Positions 22,343 through 30,752 of a stretch of 64,000 nucleotides of DNA are shown in pieces. The notes below the pieces were generated by a model. It ran no database searches. It was not told the origin of the DNA and saw only the letters and a program-made list of their open reading frames with translations. The position numbers and the translations under genes are program-made. This stretch comes from an uncultured bacterium (GTDB taxonomy: Bacteria > Patescibacteriota > Minisyncoccia > Phycocordibacterales > CAIRYW01), in NCBI GenBank assembly GCA_903882905.1, contig CAIRYW010000004.1, positions 49,117 to 113,116 of the forward strand. The letters are read 5' to 3'. The stretch's first letter is position 1, and the number at the start of each line of letters is the position of its first letter.

Positions 22343-22816
22343 GATATCTATATTTTATAGGTAGATTATGACTTTTTCTTATTCTACTGATGGCTACTAA
22401 TAAATTTCCTTAATCTACATTGTACACAATTCAGTATACTATGCAAGCTATTAGTCTACCAGGTGAATGCTAATTCCTTGTAAATTTAAAAATTTGCATT
22501 GTGCATTTTTTTCACATTGCTTTTTAATTTGAACTAGTTCCATTTTGGAAACAGTTGCTTTTTGCAAATTATGTCCAACTATCCGGAAATTCCAGGTAAT
22601 TGCTCTAAGAATAGTCCTCAACAAATACAATTTTTATAAAAGTCTTCTTTTATTAGCGGCCTCGGGTTTTTTGATTTACTACTGATCCTGCCATAATTCG
22701 TAGGCCTCGTCAGCGTCTAAACTGTGTTCATCAGCAAATTCTTGGAGTTCGTTTGCTTCGTCAAAACTTAGGTCGTTGTCTTTTGCAATTATGTATACGT
22801 CTTCGGACATAATATT

Positions 22817-25129
22817 TTATTCTAATCTTGTAATTACTTCTTGAACAATACCCTGAACAACATCGCCTTCATCTGGAACTATCGGTTTGTGATTTTTATT
22901 TGTACTTTTTGGTAATAATATTCTGAGACCGTCTTTTTTATCATAATATTTAATTGTTACATTTTCACCACCAAGTAAAGCGACAACCCTGTCGCCAGTT
23001 TCTCCTTTTTCTGCATAGCGACATAAAACAAGATCCTCGTCGTTTATTCCAGCTTCGTTCATAGAATCACCACTAGCACGCAAAACAAAATATTTTGTTC
23101 CCGGCTTAATTTTACTTTTATCAACCATTATCATTTCCTCTATATTGTTTTCTCCCAATAGAGGTTCTCCGCACGGAGCAGAACCAACTAGAGGAATACT
23201 TACCATTTCCATTGCATAAGGTGATATAACTTTTTCTTTTTTAATTGTCTCAGATTTAAGAACTTTATTTGTAATCCTTTCTTTAAAATATTTCTCAGTT
23301 TCCTTATCAACAAAATATACATAGCATCCTTTCATTCCGCGTGTCATTAGTGTTCTGTATGTATTTTTTATTATCTCAGAAGCTTTTTTGTTTGCTTCCT
23401 CAGAGTTTTCTTTGAGTTCTTTTTTGTATCCTTTTAGTGAGGCGTCAGTCCTGGCTCGTTTATCAGCGCTTGTCACAATTTTTCCATTTCGCACTACAAA
23501 ATCACTTCCAACAATAACTCCAATGTAATCAACCTCAAGCCCTTGGCAAGTGTGAATGCAACCAATCTCGTTTACTGATTTTGGTGAGATAATCCAAATA
23601 TTCCCATCACTAGCAAGATTCCATTTCATGCCAAAATTATATTCTGAAATGATAACGTCATTTAAATTTTTATCTTTTCTGCTCACCCAGTTCCAACAAT
23701 AACCTGCAACAAGTCGTGCTTTATTGTTTATTTTATTTTTATTAAATATTAAATCTCTCAAGTCATTAGGAGATTCAATAATTTTGAAATCATAATCTAT
23801 GCCGTCTAAAGTTGTATTAGCTGTATCCTCAATACCTAAAACATTATCTAACCACGATAAATATCCGTCAGAACCGTTGCAACGAAACTGTGACTCTAAC
23901 TTAAGATTTTGAATTTTTGCGCCAGTTTTGTTTGCCCACTTTTCAATTTCTTCTTTTTTTCCAATATCATGCCATGTCACTTTTTGATCTTCATCAATAA
24001 AAAATATCGAGCATTTTGCTGAATCAATAATTTCTTTAATTTGATTTTCGCCCAAATTCTTAAACATTCCTGATTTCTCATTGAGTCTATGTGCTTCATC
24101 TATAATAAGAGCATCAAAAATATTTTTTTCTTCTCCAACAAAAGAACCAGAACCAGTAAAAAAGTTTGTTATTTGTGACTTTTTGAATGAACCAGTAAGT
24201 TTAGCCTCAAATACACCACGCGGTGCAGCATTTTTTGTAACGTATTGTGTGTTAAGTCCAAGTTTTGTAATAGCTACTAAAAGATTAATCGCCACCACTG
24301 ATTTACCTGTACCAGGACCACCCTCCACAATTAACACATTTTTATTAATTTTCGAAGATTTTTTTGTAAGTGAAAGTGCTGTTTCGTATGCAATTTTTTG
24401 TTCATCAATCATGACAAATTCCTCGTTACCTTTTAGCATTGAAGAAAGACTATCAGCAAGGTTTTTTGATGGACGAATTTCTCCATTATCAATCCTATAT
24501 AATGTATTTTTTTTCTCTCCATGTTTTACGAATTTTGCAATAAAGTCTTGGAGTTTTTCTTTATCGCCTTTGCAAAATGCAGGTGCCTTTGCTAAATATT
24601 CAGAATAAAAAGGACTCAGAATAATATTACTATCAACATGATTATGTAAATATGCGCATGGTTCTAATCCAATATTTTCTTCATACACAGTTGCATTGAA
24701 ACCATAGAGTAGTGTGGAGTAAGACCATGCTTGATACGAAGGATGAGGTTCTTCGCTTGGTCCACTTTTAAAACGGGTCAGAACGATCCCGTCTTTATCT
24801 GTCTTTTGTATGTCAGTCCATTGCTTTAGTTCTATAATTATAACTTTTTCCTTTCCTTCTAAGTCTTCCCCAGTAACAATAAAATCAATACGGTTCTTCG
24901 CTCTAGGAATTGAGTACTCTATAGACACACCAGAATCATCGGGAATTTTATCCGTTTGCATGACTTTATACATTGCGTCCCCAAGAGAATTTTTCCAAGA
25001 GTTGTACTCACTACTTCCGACCTGAATATCAATATTAAGTTTTTCTTTCACTTTTACTCTTACAATATCCTCAATTCCATTTGAAGCATCTTTTAAAAAT
25101 CCAGTTTTTGTAGACTGGTAAACAATCAT
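22817..25129 (-). CDS. DUF2075-like protein (N-terminal PD-(D/E)xK-type nuclease fold plus P-loop NTPase/helicase-like core) fused to a C-terminal LexA/UmuD-type S24 autopeptidase domain
   Basis: 770 aa. N-terminus RIDFIVTGEDLEG...VIIIELKQW (D...ExK). Walker A GGPGTGKS. DEAH-like IIDEAHRL. Helicase-motif-like TCQGLEVDYIGVIVG. C-terminal SIPLVGSAPCGEP...LRASGDSMNEAGINDEDLVLC...VTIKYY with Ser (GDSM) and Lys (TIKYY) in the catalytic-dyad positions of the S24 fold. Confidence 0.7.
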   Translation of the reverse strand: MIVYQSTKTGFLKDASNGIEDIVRVKVKEKLNIDIQVGSSEYNSWKNSLGDAMYKVMQTDKIPDDSGVSIEYSIPRAKNRIDFIVTGEDLEGKEKVIIIELKQWTDIQKTDKDGIVLTRFKSGPSEEPHPSYQAWSYSTLLYGFNATVYEENIGLEPCAYLHNHVDSNIILSPFYSEYLAKAPAFCKGDKEKLQDFIAKFVKHGEKKNTLYRIDNGEIRPSKNLADSLSSMLKGNEEFVMIDEQKIAYETALSLTKKSSKINKNVLIVEGGPGTGKSVVAINLLVAITKLGLNTQYVTKNAAPRGVFEAKLTGSFKKSQITNFFTGSGSFVGEEKNIFDALIIDEAHRLNEKSGMFKNLGENQIKEIIDSAKCSIFFIDEDQKVTWHDIGKKEEIEKWANKTGAKIQNLKLESQFRCNGSDGYLSWLDNVLGIEDTANTTLDGIDYDFKIIESPNDLRDLIFNKNKINNKARLVAGYCWNWVSRKDKNLNDVIISEYNFGMKWNLASDGNIWIISPKSVNEIGCIHTCQGLEVDYIGVIVGSDFVVRNGKIVTSADKRARTDASLKGYKKELKENSEEANKKASEIIKNTYRTLMTRGMKGCYVYFVDKETEKYFKERITNKVLKSETIKKEKVISPYAMEMVSIPLVGSAPCGEPLLGENNIEEMIMVDKSKIKPGTKYFVLRASGDSMNEAGINDEDLVLCRYAEKGETGDRVVALLGGENVTIKYYDKKDGLRILLPKSTNKNHKPIVPDEGDVVQGIVQEVITRLE

Positions 25130-25473
25130 AGTTCAGTATATTTTGTGTGTTTTCCCTTTGACTTTTTCACTGGGTATTTTTGCTCATTCCTTTTAATCTT
25201 TTTCTCTAACGCCTCGACTATATCAATATTCAAATCTTTACTCATTAACAAAACCCAATATAAGACATCAGCAAGTTCTTCGCCAATATCAGTCTTGTTA
25301 GTTTTAATATATTTCTCAATTTCTTTTGTATTTTTCCACTGAAAGTGCTCTAAAACTTCACTTGCTTCTAGAACAAGTGATAACGCAACGTCTTTAGGAT
25401 TATGGAATTGTTTCCAATCTCGAGCATCACGGAAAGCTAGTATTTTATCCGTAAGTTTTTTAATGTCTGACAT
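25126..25473 (-). CDS. MazG-like nucleoside triphosphate pyrophosphohydrolase
   Basis: Probable start is the MSDIKK internal Met at 25473 (ORF-track start 25578). ILAFRDARDWKQFHNPKDVALSLVLEASEVLEHFQW...EELADVLYWVLLM is the MazG/NTP-PPase EExxE/EELxDxLxY signature. Stop overlaps the start of the DUF2075-S24 gene, so the two are co-operonic. Confidence 0.7.
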   Translation of the reverse strand: MSDIKKLTDKILAFRDARDWKQFHNPKDVALSLVLEASEVLEHFQWKNTKEIEKYIKTNKTDIGEELADVLYWVLLMSKDLNIDIVEALEKKIKRNEQKYPVKKSKGKHTKYTEL

Positions 25474-25575
25474 AAGTAATATAATAAACCTAATCGAACA
25501 AAAACCAAGCGGACGTTCGAAACTTACAGTTTCAGTACACCTTTTAAAAAATATTTTGAGATAAAAAAATACCTT

Positions 25576-25612
25576 CATGAGAAAGACCCAAAGGTCGGTC
25601 TCATGAAGGTCG
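25576..25612 (-). terminator. hairpin terminator downstream of the 92-aa GC-rich ORF
   Basis: cttcatgagaAAGacc-caaa-ggtCGGtctcatgaag: imperfect 16-bp inverted repeat, followed on the minus strand by a T-run. Confidence 0.5.
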
Positions 25613-25615
25613 CTT

Positions 25616-25894
25616 TCATGCTGTTGGAGTCGAGGGCTCGAGAACTTCCGGGGTCAACTTCTCCTTAAGCCGGTTAAAGATGGCCACAGCGTCTTTTTTT
25701 ATATCGTAAACCTGGAGAGGTTCGCCTGTTTGCATCACGAAGTTCACCTGAAGTGTATCCATGATAGGCATCACACGTTCAATCCACTGCTCATCGGTTT
25801 CCTCCCTCAAACTCTTGAGGAGAAGTGGTGTATGACCCATTTTTTTGCCATCCTTTATAAACTGGTCTGCAGCCCAATCGGTAAATGTTTGCAT
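25616..25894 (-). CDS. hypothetical protein in an anomalously GC-rich segment
   Basis: 92-aa ORF. Local GC is far higher than surrounding DNA (25.58-26.03 kb). Adjacent to tRNA-Ala. Likely horizontally acquired. The opposite-strand ORF 25730..26026 is an alternative reading. Confidence 0.35.
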   Translation of the reverse strand: MQTFTDWAADQFIKDGKKMGHTPLLLKSLREETDEQWIERVMPIMDTLQVNFVMQTGEPLQVYDIKKDAVAIFNRLKEKLTPEVLEPSTPTA

Positions 25895-26147
25895 TTATTG
25901 TCACCTCCTTTCAAGGTGCTGTTAATTGTTCAAATATCCGCCGTTCGCAATAATGTCAGAGAAATACTAGTCTGTCAAATTATGTTAACTTATAGACCTA
26001 CGGCAAGGACTCACCTTGACATTTGATTACAAACTAAAGACCTTGCGATTTTAGGAAAATAAGTTAAAATATCTGAACTTAGGTAGTTTTAGTGCAAATT
26101 TTGCTTCAAATTAACCTAATTTGATTTGTCGGGTCTAAATATAATTT

Positions 26148-26220
26148 GGGCCCATAGCTCATCTGGTAGAGCGCCTCATTTGCACTGAGGAGGTGAGCGG
26201 TTCGAGTCCGCTTGGGTCCA
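26148..26220 (+). tRNA. tRNA-Ala (anticodon UGC)
   Basis: GGGCCCAtaGCTCAtcTGGtaGAGCgCCTCAtTTGCAcTGAGGaggtgaGCGGTTCGAgTCCGCtTGGGTCCa. 7-bp acceptor stem with the G3:U70 Ala identity pair. D- and T-arms present. Anticodon loop tTTGCAc. No encoded CCA. Confidence 0.9.
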
Positions 26221-27709
26221 CAATAGTAGACTGAGACGCCGAAATGGCGTCTTTTGTCTTGAAAAGACAACACATTTCAGTGGTTCCAAAAAAATTATTC
26301 TGAAAGACTAAACCTGAGGGGAATTGGAACCATTGCAACTTAACTTTTACTCCGATTTTTGCTTTTCTCCATATTTCACTTGGGTTTTTAAGATATTTTT
26401 CAAGAAAATCTATAGCCTCCTCATAATTTGTTTCTGTGTTAGGCATAGAAGCAAGTGAAGCATTTGCCTCAAATAATTCGTTCTCAATCATAGCAAGTTG
26501 TTGTTTAAGGACATTGTCTGAAATAACTCCATCTAAATTTTTCTTGATAATCCCAGACTGCTTATTCGTGAGTTCACTTATATGTTTCTTTAATCTCTCG
26601 GCGTCTTTTCTTTGTTCAAATGTTGCCTTCACGAGATTTTCCTTTACCAATTCTTTTAGTCTTTTGAGTTTTACATCATCAAAGCAAAATTTATTTACGT
26701 AAGTCATAAAAACTTTTTCAAACTCATCACGGTTATGATTTGAGTTATTGCCACCAAAACGGTAAAAGGGATATTTTTGTTTACGCCCACTAGACCAACT
26801 TCCTGTAAGTTTTTTTCCGTTATCGTTTATAACAAACCTACGAAGAGGAAAATCTGGATGGTCTGTAATATGTTGTGAATTTTTTTTGGCTTTACCCTTA
26901 AGAACACGTTGGACTTGATAAAAAATATCTTCAGGAATGATGGGTTCAAATGTTCCTTTATGTCTTTCTCCAAATTTAACAATCCATCCTGTAAAGACTT
27001 CATTTGTTAATAACTTGTAAAAATATGCTTTGCAAAGTGGTTTACCTTTTCTATTACACAAGCCCCTTTTAATCATCATCCTTCTCACTTCTTCTGTTGG
27101 ATACGTGTTAGAAGCCATAAGAGAAAAAGTTTCTTTTATTATCGGAGCCATTATTTCGTTCGGTGCAATTGTTGACCTGCCACCAACTTTTACATTGTCG
27201 TAACCAACTGGAGCCATCCAAACATAACGACCATCCCGCATTGCGTCTTTCATTCCTCCTGCACATCTCTCTGAACGAATATCATTATCAAATTGTGCAA
27301 TGTTTGACATTGTATTCTCCATAAACCTACCTACAGGCGTATTTTCAAAATGTTCAGATGTAGATTTAATTTCTACTCCGTATCTCTTTAGTAAAAGTCG
27401 GAGTTGACTATAGTCATCTGTGTTTCTTGATAGACGGTCCAATTTATAAATTATAACTGCCTTAACTGCGTTTTTTTTATCTGCACAGTAAGTCAAAAGT
27501 TTCTGAAGCTCTGTGCGGTCCGTTGTCTTCGCACTCTCACCTTGTTCAATATAAATCTGTGTAATTTCGTATTCATTCTTTAAGGCGTAATCCTTACAGA
27601 TTTTTTCTTGTGTGCTTAAACTATTTCCTTCTTCAACCTGCTCCTTGCTTGATACTCGGCAGTAAGCCACCGCCTTCTTTTTTTGACTCGTGTAATTTAT
27701 TTCGTTCAT
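26159..27709 (-). CDS. large serine recombinase (resolvase/invertase catalytic domain plus recombinase and zinc-ribbon domains)
   Basis: 516 aa. N-terminal AVAYCRVSSKEQ catalytic-Ser region. Recombinase-domain and coiled-coil C-terminal features. The 3' end of the ORF reads antisense across the 3' half of tRNA-Ala (tail ...VDPSGLEPLTSSVQMRRSTR is tRNA complement), so the true stop may be earlier and the gene abuts or overlaps the tRNA. Confidence 0.85.
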   Translation of the reverse strand: MNEINYTSQKKKAVAYCRVSSKEQVEEGNSLSTQEKICKDYALKNEYEITQIYIEQGESAKTTDRTELQKLLTYCADKKNAVKAVIIYKLDRLSRNTDDYSQLRLLLKRYGVEIKSTSEHFENTPVGRFMENTMSNIAQFDNDIRSERCAGGMKDAMRDGRYVWMAPVGYDNVKVGGRSTIAPNEIMAPIIKETFSLMASNTYPTEEVRRMMIKRGLCNRKGKPLCKAYFYKLLTNEVFTGWIVKFGERHKGTFEPIIPEDIFYQVQRVLKGKAKKNSQHITDHPDFPLRRFVINDNGKKLTGSWSSGRKQKYPFYRFGGNNSNHNRDEFEKVFMTYVNKFCFDDVKLKRLKELVKENLVKATFEQRKDAERLKKHISELTNKQSGIIKKNLDGVISDNVLKQQLAMIENELFEANASLASMPNTETNYEEAIDFLEKYLKNPSEIWRKAKIGVKVKLQWFQFPSGLVFQNNFFGTTEMCCLFKTKDAISASQSTIVDPSGLEPLTSSVQMRRSTR

Positions 27710-27908
27710 ATTCTTTTTGGTCCAAAAATGCCTCTACTAGAATACTTGCGAAGTAATCTAGAGCAACATCCTCTGGGACATTATTAGAGCTATTAAAACC
27801 AAAAGAGGGACAACGAAGGGACTCTTTGTTGCTACACATCAAGTCTCGTTGCCCCTCTTTGGGTACAAAATTATAAGCCCCTACTTTACTGATGTGTAGC
27901 CTACTCAT
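27633..27908 (-). CDS. questionable small ORF
   Basis: 91-aa ORF overlapping the 5' end of the serine recombinase by about 76 nt. No motif. Confidence 0.2.
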   Translation of the reverse strand: MSRLHISKVGAYNFVPKEGQRDLMCSNKESLRCPSFGFNSSNNVPEDVALDYFASILVEAFLDQKEYERNKLHESKKEGGGLLPSIKQGAG

Positions 27909-27912
27909 AATA

Positions 27913-29031
27913 TCATTTTCCCTTCATTTTTTGAAGGAGATTAGACAACTCTTTTTCACTAAATTGGTAGACAATTTCTCTACTTTTTCCTTCAAAATCT
28001 ATGTTTCTTATGATTTCAATTTGCCTTTCCTCCTCAATATGTCCATAGCCGTAAGAGCCAAAGGTTGTTCCAACATCTTCGTGACCTAAATTTTGGCTGA
28101 TAGCCTTTTTCTGTTCTTCCGTTAGGGGTAGTTTTGATATTGCTTTAATGAGTAAGTGCCTAAAAGTGTGTGGATGATAATATTTAACTCCAGCCTGTAC
28201 AAATCTTTTTTCAAATATTTTTCTAACTGAAGTTGGACTTTTCCAAAAAGTTGGTTCAACTTCCTGTGTGTTGTAGTAACCTAAATTTTCCTTACCACAC
28301 TCAACTTTGGTTTTAGGAAAAATAGGGTCATTCGGACCGAATTTCTTCTGTTCTAATAAATAATCAAACCACTTAATAAAATAGTCTAGCGGTTCTTTGT
28401 ATGAAAAAGGTATTAGAGTGGAGATTATTCTCTTTGAGAATTTCGTTTTTACACCTAATTTTGGGTCTTGGTCTACAGTTAGCTTTTCTCTATCAAAGCA
28501 TTTCATTGGAAGAGATGTGATTGCAGAAATTCTAGCTCCAGTTAAAAAGGTTAGAGAAATTAAAGCTTTATCCCTCATTTCAATTTCAGTATTACCACCG
28601 ATATTTTCAATTACTAGCCTTATTTCATCTAAGGTTGGCGATAATTTGCTTTTTGGTTGAGTTGCAATCTTAATTTCTTGCCTTGATAGATTTAAATAAT
28701 CAATATCTGTTTGATTGATTTTTGACTTGTATCCAGATTGTCTAGATAACCACTCAAAGAAAGTCTTTAAATGTCTTATAATGTCGTAACAATAGGATAT
28801 GCTGATATTTCCTTCAGTGTGAACTTTTTTCTTGCACTTAAGCCAATTTTTGAAATTCTCAGCTTTTATTTTAGTAAAACCCGCTAAGTCACCTTTATTA
28901 GTAAAATCCTCCCAAAGATATACTGCGTCTTCAAAGCATTCAATTGTTGTTTTAGAGAATCCTTTGGAGTTGGCTAAGTAGTCATAGAATTTTCTTTTTA
29001 CCACTTCATTTTTCTGGGTTATTGATGACAT
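27913..29031 (-). CDS. tyrosine-type site-specific recombinase/integrase
   Basis: 372 aa. N-terminal SAM-like domain. C-terminal catalytic HPHTFRHLLI ... LGHEDVGTTFGSYGY (R-H-R-Y constellation with terminal Tyr). Confidence 0.85.
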   Translation of the reverse strand: MSSITQKNEVVKRKFYDYLANSKGFSKTTIECFEDAVYLWEDFTNKGDLAGFTKIKAENFKNWLKCKKKVHTEGNISISYCYDIIRHLKTFFEWLSRQSGYKSKINQTDIDYLNLSRQEIKIATQPKSKLSPTLDEIRLVIENIGGNTEIEMRDKALISLTFLTGARISAITSLPMKCFDREKLTVDQDPKLGVKTKFSKRIISTLIPFSYKEPLDYFIKWFDYLLEQKKFGPNDPIFPKTKVECGKENLGYYNTQEVEPTFWKSPTSVRKIFEKRFVQAGVKYYHPHTFRHLLIKAISKLPLTEEQKKAISQNLGHEDVGTTFGSYGYGHIEEERQIEIIRNIDFEGKSREIVYQFSEKELSNLLQKMKGK

Positions 29032-29093
29032 ATTTTTTTAGTATTTATTATTGGTTTCTAATGGGACATTTAAGAGGTGTATCAAGTAATCAT

Positions 29094-29498
29094 TTAATCC
29101 TTTTGGCATATCTTTAAAAATCTGTTTATTTTTGTTCCACATTGCTCGCATAATCCTATTTTCTTTTGTTGCTCTATTTTATTTTTCCCTATCCTTTTTC
29201 CAGTTTTGACGATATTTTCACTACCGTTCAAGGCCTCAACAACCTTCTTGCATTTGAAGCAGTAAAATTGATTTTTAGCCAAAGGCTTTTTTTTAGCTGA
29301 CCGTTTTTGGTTGATAAATATTTTTAAATCTTCGCCCATAATCAATAGTGGACTGGAATCCTCATCAACTACTTTTAGGTTCTCCTTTTTAATCCATCTG
29401 GAACAAGTTTTTCTGTCAACGTTCAAAAGTGTTGCTATATCCTTGATTGAATAGCTACTCCTAGATTTAATTAAGTGGATGTTGTATTTATTGGCCAT
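29094..29498 (-). CDS. HTH (excisionase/MerR-like) DNA-binding protein with C-terminal CxxC...CxxC zinc ribbon
   Basis: 134 aa. YSIKDIATLLNVDRKTCSRWIKK helix-turn-helix. CFKCKK...CEQCG zinc-ribbon. Confidence 0.5.
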   Translation of the reverse strand: MANKYNIHLIKSRSSYSIKDIATLLNVDRKTCSRWIKKENLKVVDEDSSPLLIMGEDLKIFINQKRSAKKKPLAKNQFYCFKCKKVVEALNGSENIVKTGKRIGKNKIEQQKKIGLCEQCGTKINRFLKICQKD

Positions 29499-29666
29499 TA
29501 AGAAGCCTACTATTTACTTGGCAGGCTCTTGAACGCCGATATGGCACCAGCCAAGTAAGCAATAGGTTTACTCTTTGGCGTTCAAGATTTTGCCAAACAA
29601 AAAAAGGCCTACTATCAGCCTACGCTTTTATAAAAATTCAAATACCTACATTAAAAAAATAGGTAT

Positions 29667-30746
29667 TTAAATGTCCCTAATATCTTTTGGTTTATTTTTT
29701 ACACTTATTGATTTAGCAAAGCGTGTCACGGATTTCTTTATAGCGTCAGCTGTCATTTCTATTCCGTAATCTTTTTTTAAAATTTTGGAAATTATTGTCT
29801 CTTTGTATATTCCCGCTAAAGAAAGATTTTCTTCTCCTTTGTACTGTTTTAATAAATCCTTTTTCGATAGTTTACTTAATTCATAAATCATCTGGTTTTT
29901 CTCTGTATCGCTTTCCTTAATTCTATTTGGATGAACATCAAATTGCTTATAAAAAGTATTCTTCATTGTAATGTGCTCTTTAAGGTCATCCCAGTTGTCT
30001 TCAATGTATTGGATGGTTTCTTCCTTCGTTGCGTAAGGTTTGATTATTAAAAAAACGCTGTCAAAGTGCAAAGAAAGACGGCGTACGAACTCTTTATTGA
30101 AAATATAATTTTCACCTCCCATTCCTTCGTCCTGACCTTCCATATCGTGTCTATCGGGAGAGAAGTGGTCAACGCCAATATACCTGCAATGGTGGCAAGT
30201 CACTTTGCTTTTAATATATTTATTGATACCGTACTCACCTAGAAATAAATATTTTTCCACAAAATGACCGATGATTTGTCCATCCAATAAATCAAGTCCC
30301 CAAAATTTTCTGATTAGTCTAATAGTTTCTGGAAATAGTTTCTTTGTGTATTTATTTTTGGGAAGCATTATATTTTTAGACAACATATGATTATGGTCTA
30401 AAAGTTGTTGTCCTAGCCAAAATACCATCTTTAAATCTTTCTCTTTTTTACCTTCCTTTTCGTAAGCTTGCATTACTTTTTCTCTACTCTCATCAGTAAT
30501 CGGAATGTTATTATTTATGTGATAGTTATCAGCAAACGCAAAAAAAATGAGAAGATATTTTTCTTTTTTACTCATCTTACTAACAAAGAAAAGTGCTAAA
30601 TCGGTTTCATTGTTAAAGCCAACTTCAGGCATACCAAGCGTTTTTCTGGTTTCTTTTACAGTATCAAGAAAACCCTCTTTAAAAAGTAATTTTTTATAAA
30701 GAGTTCTAAATTTTTTCTCAAAATCATCTGCAGAATATTTCTTCAT
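29667..30746 (-). CDS. hypothetical protein, recombinase-associated family (paralog of 37727..38464)
   Basis: 359 aa. Shares an N-terminal region with the 37727..38464 product (RKTLGMPEVGFNNETD vs RKTFSIPEDGFENEID; RKFWGLDLL vs RSRNWGFDIS). Confidence 0.5.
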   Translation of the reverse strand: MKKYSADDFEKKFRTLYKKLLFKEGFLDTVKETRKTLGMPEVGFNNETDLALFFVSKMSKKEKYLLIFFAFADNYHINNNIPITDESREKVMQAYEKEGKKEKDLKMVFWLGQQLLDHNHMLSKNIMLPKNKYTKKLFPETIRLIRKFWGLDLLDGQIIGHFVEKYLFLGEYGINKYIKSKVTCHHCRYIGVDHFSPDRHDMEGQDEGMGGENYIFNKEFVRRLSLHFDSVFLIIKPYATKEETIQYIEDNWDDLKEHITMKNTFYKQFDVHPNRIKESDTEKNQMIYELSKLSKKDLLKQYKGEENLSLAGIYKETIISKILKKDYGIEMTADAIKKSVTRFAKSISVKNKPKDIRDI

Positions 30747-30752
30747 ATCTTG

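Noticed and set aside
22678-22810. Apparent small acidic ORF (MSEDVYIIAKDNDLSFDEANELQ...) in the 470-bp spacer between the Fic gene and the DUF2075-S24 gene
   Set aside because: Careful codon-by-codon translation hits a stop after 26 codons (the sequence reads aaattCCttgg, not aaattcttgg). It is too short and unsupported, so the spacer is treated as non-coding.
26159-26340. C-terminal about 60 residues of the 516-aa serine recombinase as genuine protein sequence
   Set aside because: This tail is the reverse-complement reading of the tRNA-Ala gene and its flank (…VDPSGLEPLTSSVQMRRSTR). The recombinase very likely terminates functionally before or at the tRNA, so the overlap is flagged rather than trusted.
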